A DNA stretch of 64,000 bases from a virus. The notes beneath the pieces are model-generated. The model saw nothing but the letters and a program-made list of their open reading frames with translations. It ran no database searches and was not told the origin of the DNA. Positions 9,692 through 19,768 of this stretch are shown piece by piece. The position numbers and the translations under genes are program-made. The first letter of the stretch is position 1, and each line of letters opens with the position of its first letter. The DNA lies in the IMG/VR virus record IMGVR_UViG_3300002835_000017, one strand, 5' to 3'.

Positions 9692-11233
9692 TTATTTATT
9701 TTCCAAACTATTAACTCTTGCTGATAATTCTTTTATCGCTTCGATTAATAGTGGAATTATTTTTTCATATTGAACTGCTTTATATCCGTTATCTCTATTT
9801 GTTACAATTTGTGGAAGGATTTCTTCAATTTCTTGTGCTATTACTCCAACATCATTTCCTTTATGAGAATGTATTTCTTCATATCCTTCTTTCCAATTGT
9901 ATGTGTTACCACTAATTGATTCAACTTTTTCCAATGCGTTTTGGATTGGTTGGATATTTTCTTTTAATCTAATATCGGATGAGTAAAATGCAGTAATATC
10001 ACCCGTTGCTCTAATTTCACCAGCCGTTGTTGATGCGGTGGTTCCAATCCCCAATGAATTGAATTGTGGATTCGCATCTGTTTTTATACTTTGTGCCAAT
10101 GTCAATGTTACATCTGCACTTTCCAATCCAGAACCCGCAGCAGTTAAACCATTGGTAGTATTACCTGCAATAGTTTGAACATAATTACCAGATGTTCTAG
10201 TCCCTAATGCAATATCACCCGTTGTAGATGCAACATTAATTTGTGCCGAACCAGATACTACACCATCTGCATTTAATTTAGTTTTAACTCTAGCATCGGT
10301 ATAATATAAATTAGTACCTTCAGATAAGTTAGTTGTACTAAATCCACTTAATGAAATTTGAGAAGAACCAGATACTACCGTATTTGAATTTAATTGAGTT
10401 TTTACATCGGTTGCAAAGTTTGTAGTAGAACCTGCGGTTATTTGAGATGAACCAGAAATTACACCATCAGCATCCAACTTTGATTTAATAGTTGTATTAA
10501 TTGAAGATGTAAATGATTCCAAATTAGCCGTTTCAATCAATAAACTTGCAGTTGCGGAGTTTAAATTAGTTATAGATACTCCTTGTGAGTCATTTGTAGT
10601 TTTAGCTGCTGATGCTGAACTAATTAATGAACCAGTAATAGTTGCTAATGCGGTGTCGTAAGCAGTAAATCCGGTAGTTGATTGTAAAGTTACTTGTGAT
10701 GACCCACTTACTAACCCACTTCCACCTAATATTTGAGATGAACCAGAGATTACTCCGTTAGTTGCGTTTATTGTACCATTGAATGATGTTGCAGTTGATG
10801 CACCTATTGTATTAATTGAACCACTTATTTGAACTGAACCTGTAAATTCATGGTTATCATTACTAAAATCACCAAATTTATTAGAACCACTACTAAATAA
10901 AACACTTGCGGTTTGATTAACAGTTGTTAAATTTATAATAGTTAAATCTGTAATAGTAGTTCCACTTAATTGAGATGAACCAGAAACTACACCAGATGGA
11001 AGGTTTGAACTAACACTTCCTATTTGTAGTTGAGTCCAACCATTTTCATTTCCTACATTTACAGTATCGGTTAATACCCAAACTGTATTACTATCTTGCT
11101 GAAAAACTATTAACCCCTCATATACATTAGCAGATGATAAAGCGTAACGGGCAGTCTGGTCCGCTAATGTTATTCTAGCATCAACGGGTTCGTTGTTAGT
11201 TATGTTAAATCCACCAGGTAATATAATTGCCAT
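9692..11233 (-). CDS. Tail fibre with C-terminal intramolecular chaperone (Peptidase_S74)
   Basis: PVDAR..YEGLIV N-terminus; TTNLSEGTNLYYTDAR; SSDIRLKENI, GVIAQEIE, AVQYEKIIPLLIEAIKEL. Confidence 0.85.
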   Translation of the reverse strand: MAIILPGGFNITNNEPVDARITLADQTARYALSSANVYEGLIVFQQDSNTVWVLTDTVNVGNENGWTQLQIGSVSSNLPSGVVSGSSQLSGTTITDLTIINLTTVNQTASVLFSSGSNKFGDFSNDNHEFTGSVQISGSINTIGASTATSFNGTINATNGVISGSSQILGGSGLVSGSSQVTLQSTTGFTAYDTALATITGSLISSASAAKTTNDSQGVSITNLNSATASLLIETANLESFTSSINTTIKSKLDADGVISGSSQITAGSTTNFATDVKTQLNSNTVVSGSSQISLSGFSTTNLSEGTNLYYTDARVKTKLNADGVVSGSAQINVASTTGDIALGTRTSGNYVQTIAGNTTNGLTAAGSGLESADVTLTLAQSIKTDANPQFNSLGIGTTASTTAGEIRATGDITAFYSSDIRLKENIQPIQNALEKVESISGNTYNWKEGYEEIHSHKGNDVGVIAQEIEEILPQIVTNRDNGYKAVQYEKIIPLLIEAIKELSARVNSLENK

Positions 11234-11248
11234 TTCTTATTTTTTATT

Positions 11249-14200
11249 TTATGTTAATGTATATGTTATACTACTTCCAGCACCACCTGCTTGCAAAGTA
11301 TTTATTTTATAAACTTTATATTGTCCAACTGTTGTTACACTAAATTGTCCTAATACACCAAATCCGCTTGTAGTAATGTTTGACAAATTCGATAGTGAAC
11401 TATTAAATACTATATAATGGTATTTATCTCCAGTCCAACTAATTGTTACCGATTGTCCACTTGCAGTTGTTGTTCCTTTTACAATAGTACCAATAGTACC
11501 ACCCAATGTAGTATCCCATGCTCCAATGTTTTCCAATTCTCCTGCAGTAAATGATTCTGCGGTACTTGCACCATATCTTAAACTTCTAATTTTTGTATAT
11601 GTAGTAGTTGCCGTAGATGTGGTTGTTAAATCTGGTATATTATCACCAATTGGAGATTCATAGTTTGCAGTTGCCGTTATACTAATTGAAGTAGACCCCG
11701 TTGCAGAACCTGTCACAAAGTATGGTGTACTAACATTTGTTGTAGTATTTACCAAATTCCAACCCAATGAAGGATTTGCAGATGATGATGTAAATGTGAT
11801 ACTACCAGTTGCACCTTGTTCGATTTGATTTGATGAAGCTCCTAATTGAACCGTTACCGTTGGTGATATAGTAGGAGATGCTGGATTTGATTTTGAAATT
11901 GTTCCAGTAGCCGTAGTAGAAGTTTTATATAAAGTACCATCTAATGGAGAACTTGCAGTATATTCCAATCTATATGTGTGTGAACCAGATGTTGTTGCGT
12001 TATATGATAATGATGTTCCACTACCAACTTCAGTTAATAAGGTAGAACCTTCGTATAAAGATGCACTTACTAATGTATATCCTTGATTACTCCAAGTACC
12101 ATTTACAATATATGCATCATTTACATTATTAAATCTATCAACTAAAAATCCACTTAAAGATGTTGCTATTGATGTTGGTATTGCCGGAGTTCCGAATATA
12201 AATTTTAAAGTTCCATTTATAAATGTTACCGCTACATTACTATCAAAATCTGCCACTTCAATTCCAGTTAATTGTTCTATACTATTTGTTACATAATTAA
12301 TATATCCAGATGCCGATGCTAAACCCGCTATGGAAGCAGATACGGATTCACTAAATGATGATGTAAATGATTCCAAATTATCAATTGAAATTTGAGCAGA
12401 TGCAGTAAATTGATTTAATTTAGTAAATTCTGCTGCTAAACCTGCTCCTATCGAAATAGATGCAGTATATTCCAAATCATCTAATCTAACTTCTGTTGAA
12501 GTTGTGTATGAATTTAAAGATGCTGTAAATTGGTGAATCGAACCAGTTACCTGTGCTAATGTAGTAAATCTTCCTTCTAAACTACCTGTTTCCGTTTCTA
12601 ATGATAGTAATCTACCATTTGCAGAAGATGTAAATGTATTCAAACTTCCAGTCGAAGTTTCAATTAAATCTAATCTGCCATTTGCGGAGGATGTAAATGT
12701 ATTCAAACTTCCAGTCGAAGTTTCAATTAAATTTAATCTAGTATTTGCAGAAGATGTAAATGTATTCAAACTTCCAGTCGAAGTTTCAATTAAATCTAAC
12801 CTACCTAAAGTTGAAGAACTAAAAGTATTTAAACTTCCAGTCGAAGTTTCTAATAATTCTAATCTAGTATTTGCAGAAGATGTAAATGTATTTAAACTTC
12901 CAGTGGATGTTTCTAATAATCCTAATCTAGTATTAGTAGATTGTGAAAATACGTTTAAATCTGTTAGTTGTAAAGATGATGATATAACACTATCTCCACC
13001 TGCTAAAAGAATTGTTGATTCAGAACCACTTACACCTGCTATCCATTTATCAGTTGTTGAATTCCATAATAATGAACCAGATGATAATGTGCCTGTTGCA
13101 TCTTTTGTGTAAATACCGGAAAGTGTTTGTGAACCACCATAATTTAATTCAATAATATTATCTCCAATATTAAGAGTTGTTGAATCGATTTGAGTAGTCG
13201 TTCCTTTTACAGTTAAATTACCATTAATTGTTATATCAGCACCACTTGCAGTAATTGCGGTTTTTAAAGATGATGTATATGAGTTTAATTCTGCTATTGA
13301 TGTTTTAACACTAGCAGAAGTTATTTCCAAATTATCCAATCTACCATCTTGTATTGGAAGTGAACCTGAAAATGAACCTGTGAATCCAGATAATCCAATC
13401 ACTGAACCAGTTACCGTAAGATTTTCATCTATCCTTAAACTTGAAAGTAATAATCGAGTGTCTTGATGGATATATACGTTTTTATTTGCAAAACTTTGAA
13501 CACTTAATATTGGATAAGGTACTGTATCTTCTTCATAATCAATATAAGCACCTGCAAAATCTGCTTTTAATTTTATTGCAATATCATCATTATATAAATC
13601 ATTATTATGTCTTAATTCTAAAATAGCATTTCCATCATTTGGAGCAGTTATGTTATGAGTAAAAGTTAAAGAACTTGTTAATTGCCCACTTCCAGTTAAA
13701 ATACTAAATTCACCATCAACGATATTTAAAGAACCAGTTACAATTTGATTGCCTCTAAAATTATTACTTCCAGTTGTTGCATAAGAACCAGTTAATGAAT
13801 TCAATGGTCCTAATATTCCAATTATTTGCGATGAACCACTTACTACTCCTTGTGGTAAAGATGCTGCTATTTGGGATGAGCCTGATATAACACCATTTGT
13901 TGCAGCTATTGCACCACTTATAGATGTTCCATATACATTTCTCCAAGGTGCGGAAATTGTACCAACATCAATTGCTCCATTTGGAACTAAATTAGTATTA
14001 AATTGACCTAAAGCAGAAATATTATCAGCGGAAGCATTACCTAAATAGATATTTCCACCAACTCTTACATCACCAGAAGCGGATATATTACCAACTAAAT
14101 TAATATCACCATACGATGGTACGTTTAATGGTAATAATGTAATTGGGTTATTTGAACCACTACCAAATTGAATAGAACCACTCCCCTTATGTAAATATAA

Positions 14201-14260
14201 CTCACCATCCGTTATGGATATGTTTGTATCACCTCTTCTTATTTGAAATATAGCTGCCAT
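11249..14260 (-). CDS. Long fibre/spike protein with coiled-coil tandem repeats
   Basis: MAAIFQIRRG...DGELY head; IGDNIIELN motif; 21-aa repeats; beta-rich C-terminus. Confidence 0.75.
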   Translation of the reverse strand: MAAIFQIRRGDTNISITDGELYLHKGSGSIQFGSGSNNPITLLPLNVPSYGDINLVGNISASGDVRVGGNIYLGNASADNISALGQFNTNLVPNGAIDVGTISAPWRNVYGTSISGAIAATNGVISGSSQIAASLPQGVVSGSSQIIGILGPLNSLTGSYATTGSNNFRGNQIVTGSLNIVDGEFSILTGSGQLTSSLTFTHNITAPNDGNAILELRHNNDLYNDDIAIKLKADFAGAYIDYEEDTVPYPILSVQSFANKNVYIHQDTRLLLSSLRIDENLTVTGSVIGLSGFTGSFSGSLPIQDGRLDNLEITSASVKTSIAELNSYTSSLKTAITASGADITINGNLTVKGTTTQIDSTTLNIGDNIIELNYGGSQTLSGIYTKDATGTLSSGSLLWNSTTDKWIAGVSGSESTILLAGGDSVISSSLQLTDLNVFSQSTNTRLGLLETSTGSLNTFTSSANTRLELLETSTGSLNTFSSSTLGRLDLIETSTGSLNTFTSSANTRLNLIETSTGSLNTFTSSANGRLDLIETSTGSLNTFTSSANGRLLSLETETGSLEGRFTTLAQVTGSIHQFTASLNSYTTSTEVRLDDLEYTASISIGAGLAAEFTKLNQFTASAQISIDNLESFTSSFSESVSASIAGLASASGYINYVTNSIEQLTGIEVADFDSNVAVTFINGTLKFIFGTPAIPTSIATSLSGFLVDRFNNVNDAYIVNGTWSNQGYTLVSASLYEGSTLLTEVGSGTSLSYNATTSGSHTYRLEYTASSPLDGTLYKTSTTATGTISKSNPASPTISPTVTVQLGASSNQIEQGATGSITFTSSSANPSLGWNLVNTTTNVSTPYFVTGSATGSTSISITATANYESPIGDNIPDLTTTSTATTTYTKIRSLRYGASTAESFTAGELENIGAWDTTLGGTIGTIVKGTTTASGQSVTISWTGDKYHYIVFNSSLSNLSNITTSGFGVLGQFSVTTVGQYKVYKINTLQAGGAGSSITYTLT
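12590..12935. repeat. 63-bp tandem repeat (~5.5 copies) encoding LETSTGSLNTFTSSANxRLxL
   Basis: GC(A/G)GA(A/G)GATGTAAATGT recurs at 12621, 12684, 12747 and 12873, with a degenerate copy near 12810; period 63. Confidence 0.9.
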
Positions 14261-14290
14261 TTATTGTTATTTCTGTTTTGTATAAATATC

Positions 14291-15091
14291 TTAAATATTA
14301 AAATCTAAATCACCTGATTCTGAAATATATTTTGCCAAGTGCATATAGTTTGCAGTTATACTACCTGTTGTTACATTTATAGCAGATGAACTAACTGATA
14401 AATGAGTATTTCCGTTTACTAAAACATCAAAAGAACCAGTTCTAGCAATTGCTTGTGTATTTCCTGTACTATCCTCTATAAAGTTTACAGTTCCTGCTGC
14501 TTCTGGGTCTAAATTAAAATCAAATGTATTTGGGCCAGGCGCTACTCCTACTTCTGTTCCATTTACTAATAAGGAACCACTTACGGAAACTGAACCTGTA
14601 AATGAATGTATATCATCGGATGTATCTCCAAATTTAGTTGAACCACTTTGAAAAATTATAGATGATGAAATTACACTAATATTAAATTGTCGTGCATTTA
14701 CTTCACCTAATACGGTTAAATTGTTTGTTATGGTTTGGGAACCACTTAATATTAAACTTCCACTTAATAATGCGGAACTACCAGTGATATCACCACTTAT
14801 GTCGATATCACCTGCTCCTATAATATCATTTGTTACATATAAATCTCTAGTAATATTGGCATCTTGTGTTACTACTAATTCTCCAAAGGAACCAGTTTTT
14901 GTTAGAGTTATTGAACCTGTTGTAGTTGAATTCGTTACTACAATTCCTTCAACAGAATCTAAATTTCCCGAACGCTTAATAAACAACTTACCATCGTAAG
15001 TATTTATTGCTATTTCACCAACATTTAATGAGCCCGTATCGGGTACTTTTCCAGGTAGCGATGAACGCTTTAGTATAATACTTTGTGCCAT
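14291..15091 (-). CDS. Short fibre/adaptor protein, paralog of 15183..15821
   Basis: MAQSIILKRSSLPGKVPDTGSLNVGEIAINTYDGK; SGSTKFGDTSDDIHSFTGS motif. Confidence 0.7.
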   Translation of the reverse strand: MAQSIILKRSSLPGKVPDTGSLNVGEIAINTYDGKLFIKRSGNLDSVEGIVVTNSTTTGSITLTKTGSFGELVVTQDANITRDLYVTNDIIGAGDIDISGDITGSSALLSGSLILSGSQTITNNLTVLGEVNARQFNISVISSSIIFQSGSTKFGDTSDDIHSFTGSVSVSGSLLVNGTEVGVAPGPNTFDFNLDPEAAGTVNFIEDSTGNTQAIARTGSFDVLVNGNTHLSVSSSAINVTTGSITANYMHLAKYISESGDLDFNI

Positions 15092-15124
15092 ATATATGGT
15101 CTATAAATTTTTAAGTTGTGTAAC

Positions 15125-15155
15125 AAAAAAAAGGTACTATATGTATAGTACCTTT
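15125..15155 (-). terminator. Rho-independent terminator abutting a late-promoter motif
   Basis: AAAGGTACTAT-ACAT-ATAGTACCTTT hairpin then T-run on the minus strand. Confidence 0.7.
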
Positions 15156-15182
15156 ATAAATATATAATATTTTTATAATTGT

Positions 15183-15821
15183 TTAAAATTCTCCCGCATC
15201 TGAACCAGATTCTAAAGCTGCTAATCTATTAGCTACTGAACCACTAAATGCTAATACATCTCCAATTCCGTAAAGTGAACCACTAAACCCATTTGTAGTT
15301 GTAAAAGTTCCTCTTACCTGTTCGTTGTATCTGAATTCAACTGCCGATGGAGTAGTTGCTACTTTGTAAAGAGAACCACTACCTTGTATATATCCGATTG
15401 TACCTGCGAATGGTTCTGAATTGAAATCAAAATCATCAGGTCTCATTGATGCGGTGATTCCAGTTAATGCACCACCATTACCTATGAATACGGATGCCGA
15501 TACAATAGATGCAGATACTGCTCCTGCTATATCAATATCACCATTTCCAACGATATCTCTAGTTACATATAAATCTTGTCCAACATTTGCATCAAATGTG
15601 ATACTAGCTTCTCCAAATGAACCCGTTCCTGTCAATGTTATTGAACCAGTGGTAATCGAATTGGTAGTAACTAATGTTTCAATTGATTGTGAAGAACCAG
15701 ATTTATGTAAATAAACCTTACCATCATATACGTTTATACCTAACTCACCTACTAATAGAGAGCCAGTATCAGGAACTTTTCCTGATGTCAGCGACCGTTT
15801 TTGTAATATTTTTTGAGCCAT
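15183..15821 (-). CDS. Short fibre/adaptor protein
   Basis: MAQKILQKRSLTSGKVPDTGSLLVGELGINVYDGK; C-terminal DAGEF. Confidence 0.7.
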   Translation of the reverse strand: MAQKILQKRSLTSGKVPDTGSLLVGELGINVYDGKVYLHKSGSSQSIETLVTTNSITTGSITLTGTGSFGEASITFDANVGQDLYVTRDIVGNGDIDIAGAVSASIVSASVFIGNGGALTGITASMRPDDFDFNSEPFAGTIGYIQGSGSLYKVATTPSAVEFRYNEQVRGTFTTTNGFSGSLYGIGDVLAFSGSVANRLAALESGSDAGEF

Positions 15822-15854
15822 TATATTTGATGTTTTTTGTCCATTAATAATTTT

Positions 15855-15880
15855 AAAAAACCCCCCTCATTAGGAGGGGG
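15855..15880 (-). terminator. Rho-independent terminator
   Basis: Minus strand CCCCCTCCTAATGAGGGGGGTTTTTT just after the stop of 15889..18441. Confidence 0.8.
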
Positions 15881-15888
15881 ATTATTAT

Positions 15889-18441
15889 TTAGAATGAACC
15901 ACCATCAACTACGTTACTCATTACAAAATCAGTACCATCCCATTGTAGTAAATCTCCAGCTACACTTGCGGTCGGAACTAAATCCAAATTACCATTTGTG
16001 TTTCGGAATGCTACTCTTTTAGAACTTCCTGCTGCCGAACCTAAATTAAAGGATGAGGTAACCGCAGGTGCGATTAATGCTACTGATGAAGTAAATGCGG
16101 TTGTTGAATGTTGATATATGAAATTTGCACCTGCTCCTGCTACTTCGAATCCTGAACCATCTGCGGTTGCCGATGAAGTTGAACCACTTGCTAATGTTAT
16201 TAATTTATCTTCAACTATTAATGTTGCGGTATTTAATGTTACGGTGTTACCTTGTACCACCAAATCACCACCTACTACTACATCACCAGTCGTTGTTACT
16301 TTTGCAAATGTTACGTTATTAGAAGTACCTACGCCTTGTATTGTACCTGCACCTTCTAATGTAGTTAATCTACTTGCAGCATTTGATGCTGATAATATTA
16401 ATGAACCACTAACTACACCAATTTCAGTAAATCTTTGCTCTGCAGATGCAGTAAATGCGTTTAAAGCATTTGTAGAAGTATTAGAAGAGGTATAACTATT
16501 CAATGCATCAATAGATGTTTGTTGTGATGCCGATGAACTATTTAACGCCGTAACAGAAGTGTTTACACTAGCACTAAATGAGTTTAAGTTTGTTATAGAT
16601 ACACCTTGTGAGTCATTTGTTGTTTTAGCTGCTGATGCAGATAATATCAACGAACCACTAACTACACCAATTTCAGTTAACCTCGTATCAACACTTCCAG
16701 TATAGTTTCCTAATGTACCATTTTGAGTTAATTGTGAACCACTAAATGAATTTAAATTTGTGATTGAAACTCCTTGTGAGTCATTTGTAGTTTTAGCAGT
16801 TGATGCTGATGCAATTAAACTTCCACTAACTACACCAATTTCAGTTAATCTTGTATCAACTGAAGCAGTGTAAGTTGCTAATGTACCATTTTGAGTTAAT
16901 TGTGAACCACTAAAAGAGTTTAAGTTTGTGATAGAAACTCCTTGCGAGTCATTTGTAGTTTTAGCTGCTGAAGCAGATAATATTAATGAACCACTTACAA
17001 CTCCAATTTCAGTAAATCTAGTTTCAGCTGAAGAACTGAATGATTCGATGTTCGATAATCTAACTAATGCAGAAGAACTAAAAGAGTTTAAGTTTGTTAT
17101 TGAAATTCCAGCTCCGCTTCCCACCGATGCACTTAAAGCTGAAATTGAAGATGAAATAGAACCACTAAAATCACCAAATCCAGTTGTATTGGAAATAGTA
17201 ATTTGTGCAGATGATGTAACAACATTATCACCTTCTGCTCTTAATAATTTAGATTCAGCTCCTACTGCTCCTGCTTTCCAGTAATCATTTGTAGAATCCC
17301 AAAGTAAAGAACCACTTGCCGTATTAGGTGCAGTTGGGTCTTTAACTAATAAACCACCATTTGCTGCTCCAGTACCATTTAATTCGATGATGTTATCACC
17401 AATTTGTACGGTTGTAGAATTTACAGTAGTTTGAGTACCAGAAACGGTAAAATTACCGGCTATTGTTACATTTTGTCCATCAACTGTAATTGCAGACTTT
17501 AATGAAGATGAATATGTATTTAATTCTGCAATCGAAGTATTTACACTCGCAGAAGTTGTATTTAAATTTGTAATACTTACACCTTGTGAATCGTTTGTAG
17601 TTTTAGCAGTTGATGCTGATGCAATTAATGAACCACTAACTACGCCGATTTCAGTTAATTGAGTTAATACTGAAGAACTAAATGAGTTTATGTTTGTTAT
17701 TGAAACACCCTGCGAATCGTTTGTAGTTTTTGCTGTCGATGCTGATGCTATTAAACTTCCACTTACAACTCCAATTTCAGTAAATCTTATATCAGCTGAA
17801 GAAGTGTGTGATTCAATATTTGTTAATCTAACTAATGCAGAAGAACTAAATGAGTTTAAGTTTGTTATCGAAACTCCTTGTGAATCATTTGTTGTTTTAG
17901 CAGTTGATGCCGATGCTATTAAGCTACCACTAACAACTCCAATTTCAGTAAATCGTGTATCAACCGAACCAGTATAAGTTGCTAATGTAGCGTTTTGTGT
18001 TAATTGTGAACCACTAAAAGTATTTAATGCGGCTACAGATGTACCAATTGAACCACCTCCAATTGATGCAGATAATGCACTTATTGATGAAGAAACTGAT
18101 GCACTAAAGTTACTAATGTTACCTGTTAAATCAGGAATATCATTGGCTCCTTCACCCAACAAATATAAAGTAGAACTACCACTTGCATAGTAAGGAACAC
18201 CTTTTACTAATCCGTTGTAAGTTCCGGCAGCAAATGTATTTGGAGCCGCGTTACCTACTAGAAATCTATTTACCGCTTGCACCTGTCCATTTTCTGGAAC
18301 TGCGAATACAATAGATGCTCCATTAGTTACCGATAAGTTCGATGAGCCAGAAGCAATTACCAATTCACCTTTTTGAAGTGATGAGGTTACGGCGGATAGG
18401 GCTTCTAAACTACCGCGTCTGTGTTTAATTATTTGTGCCAT
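15889..18441 (-). CDS. Coiled-coil fibre protein with ~7 internal repeats
   Basis: MAQIIKHRRG...LQKGEL head; repeated TEIGVVSGSLIxSASxAKTTNDSQGVSITNLNSFS; C-terminal VDGGSF. Confidence 0.75.
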   Translation of the reverse strand: MAQIIKHRRGSLEALSAVTSSLQKGELVIASGSSNLSVTNGASIVFAVPENGQVQAVNRFLVGNAAPNTFAAGTYNGLVKGVPYYASGSSTLYLLGEGANDIPDLTGNISNFSASVSSSISALSASIGGGSIGTSVAALNTFSGSQLTQNATLATYTGSVDTRFTEIGVVSGSLIASASTAKTTNDSQGVSITNLNSFSSSALVRLTNIESHTSSADIRFTEIGVVSGSLIASASTAKTTNDSQGVSITNINSFSSSVLTQLTEIGVVSGSLIASASTAKTTNDSQGVSITNLNTTSASVNTSIAELNTYSSSLKSAITVDGQNVTIAGNFTVSGTQTTVNSTTVQIGDNIIELNGTGAANGGLLVKDPTAPNTASGSLLWDSTNDYWKAGAVGAESKLLRAEGDNVVTSSAQITISNTTGFGDFSGSISSSISALSASVGSGAGISITNLNSFSSSALVRLSNIESFSSSAETRFTEIGVVSGSLILSASAAKTTNDSQGVSITNLNSFSGSQLTQNGTLATYTASVDTRLTEIGVVSGSLIASASTAKTTNDSQGVSITNLNSFSGSQLTQNGTLGNYTGSVDTRLTEIGVVSGSLILSASAAKTTNDSQGVSITNLNSFSASVNTSVTALNSSSASQQTSIDALNSYTSSNTSTNALNAFTASAEQRFTEIGVVSGSLILSASNAASRLTTLEGAGTIQGVGTSNNVTFAKVTTTGDVVVGGDLVVQGNTVTLNTATLIVEDKLITLASGSTSSATADGSGFEVAGAGANFIYQHSTTAFTSSVALIAPAVTSSFNLGSAAGSSKRVAFRNTNGNLDLVPTASVAGDLLQWDGTDFVMSNVVDGGSF
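16395..17965. repeat. Interspersed ~120-170 bp repeats encoding TEIGVVSGSL...KTTNDSQGVSITNLN
   Basis: Six full copies and one partial copy in the translation; CCAATTTCAGT recurs at the DNA level. Confidence 0.85.
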
Positions 18442-18540
18442 ATTGCGTTGGTTAATCTTTTTTGGTTTTAGTTACGATTATACTTTAATAAATATGTTTT
18501 TTTTTACGAATAGTACGTTTGGTATATTATATTTATTTTT

Positions 18541-19056
18541 TTACCATTCACCCATATCGATGTTAATATTTGATTGTGATAATGTTAACTCCGCATCAGT
18601 TGCAAATCCATTATCCAATGAAGAACTGAATGATTCTAAATTAGTTAATCTGGTATTTACTGATGAACTTAATATTGTTATAGAATATAAACTTCCACTC
18701 AATGTAGTTGCTATTGATGAACTTATTGATGATGATATTAAAACTTGCGATGCTGATAAAGAAGAACTTATTACTGCTACTTCTATATCCGTTGCTATAT
18801 CACTATATCCAATTGTTCCACTAATGTATATTTGAGATGAACCCGATACAACCCCAGCTGGTAAAGTTGCTCCTACATTATTTGTTATAATATTTATAAT
18901 AGATTGTGATAACGATGATTCCAATGATTGAGATACTGCGTTATTTACTGCTTCGGCAAAACTACCACCAGATTGACTAATGGCATTACCAGCGGTTACC
19001 GCTGCTGCTAATTCTGTACTACCTTCTATTTGTTTTAATCTTATTAAGTTTGCCAT
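18541..19056 (-). CDS. Ser-rich virion/fibre-associated protein
   Basis: MANLIRLKQI N-terminus, GVVSGSSQ motif shared with the fibres, C-terminal IDMGEW. Confidence 0.6.
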   Translation of the reverse strand: MANLIRLKQIEGSTELAAAVTAGNAISQSGGSFAEAVNNAVSQSLESSLSQSIINIITNNVGATLPAGVVSGSSQIYISGTIGYSDIATDIEVAVISSSLSASQVLISSSISSSIATTLSGSLYSITILSSSVNTRLTNLESFSSSLDNGFATDAELTLSQSNINIDMGEW

Positions 19057-19078
19057 ATCCTATAAATATCTTTTATTC

Positions 19079-19765
19079 TTATAATCCGTAAGTCGGTTTT
19101 ATTGCATTATAATTTTGTGTTATTTCCTCAATTGATAATTTTCTATTATACAAATAAAGATTTGCAACATGTCCAAAAGGTTGAGCAACAATATCATTAT
19201 TACCCACTCCCCAATGTGTGTTTCCACCCGAACCCTCATTGATTGTACTTCCCACTTGTGAATCATTTATGTAGAATGTTTGAGATGAATTATCCCCAAC
19301 TACTGTATATTGAGTCCAAATACCCACCGAAGATGAGACATCATATCCTGAACTTACGAATGCTGTTGCCCAATATCCTAATGTACTTGTTCCATTAGGA
19401 ATAGTAATTGGTGTTATTTTACGAGTACCTTTTGTGTAAAGTAATGTTCTAAATCCTGAATTATTATTTATCAATCTTGCCCAAGTAATATAGGTATATC
19501 CCGTTGTTGGTAAAGTTGGACCTGTTCCGTTTACATCAACTCTATTATTTCCAGTTGTGCAATCAAAACATTTTATTCCACTTAATGTAGTAAATGTAGC
19601 ACCAATCAATGTATGGTTATACGAATTAGTTAAATCATAAACAGTTGTTCCACTACCAGGATAACTTGTTGAATTATTTGCATCCAATTGAAGTAATAAT
19701 CCATCCGTAACCAACATATATGGATTTGGTGTAATTGTATATCCATTTTGAAATATTATTGGCAT
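19079..19765 (-). CDS. LamG/ConA-like lectin domain protein
   Basis: VTDGLLLQLDANNSTSYPGSGTTVYDL...LYNRKLSIEEITQNYNA. Confidence 0.85.
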   Translation of the reverse strand: MPIIFQNGYTITPNPYMLVTDGLLLQLDANNSTSYPGSGTTVYDLTNSYNHTLIGATFTTLSGIKCFDCTTGNNRVDVNGTGPTLPTTGYTYITWARLINNNSGFRTLLYTKGTRKITPITIPNGTSTLGYWATAFVSSGYDVSSSVGIWTQYTVVGDNSSQTFYINDSQVGSTINEGSGGNTHWGVGNNDIVAQPFGHVANLYLYNRKLSIEEITQNYNAIKPTYGL

Positions 19766-19768
19766 AAC

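Noticed and set aside
12590-12935. CRISPR-like array
   Set aside because: Units are contiguous in-frame coding repeats with no unique spacers; the same holds for 28184-28300
7191-18441. Diversity-generating retroelement, suggested by Mtd-like N-terminal heads on the fibres
   Set aside because: No reverse transcriptase and no TR/VR pair with adenine-specific mismatches seen in the window; the shared patches are identical or differ at synonymous sites
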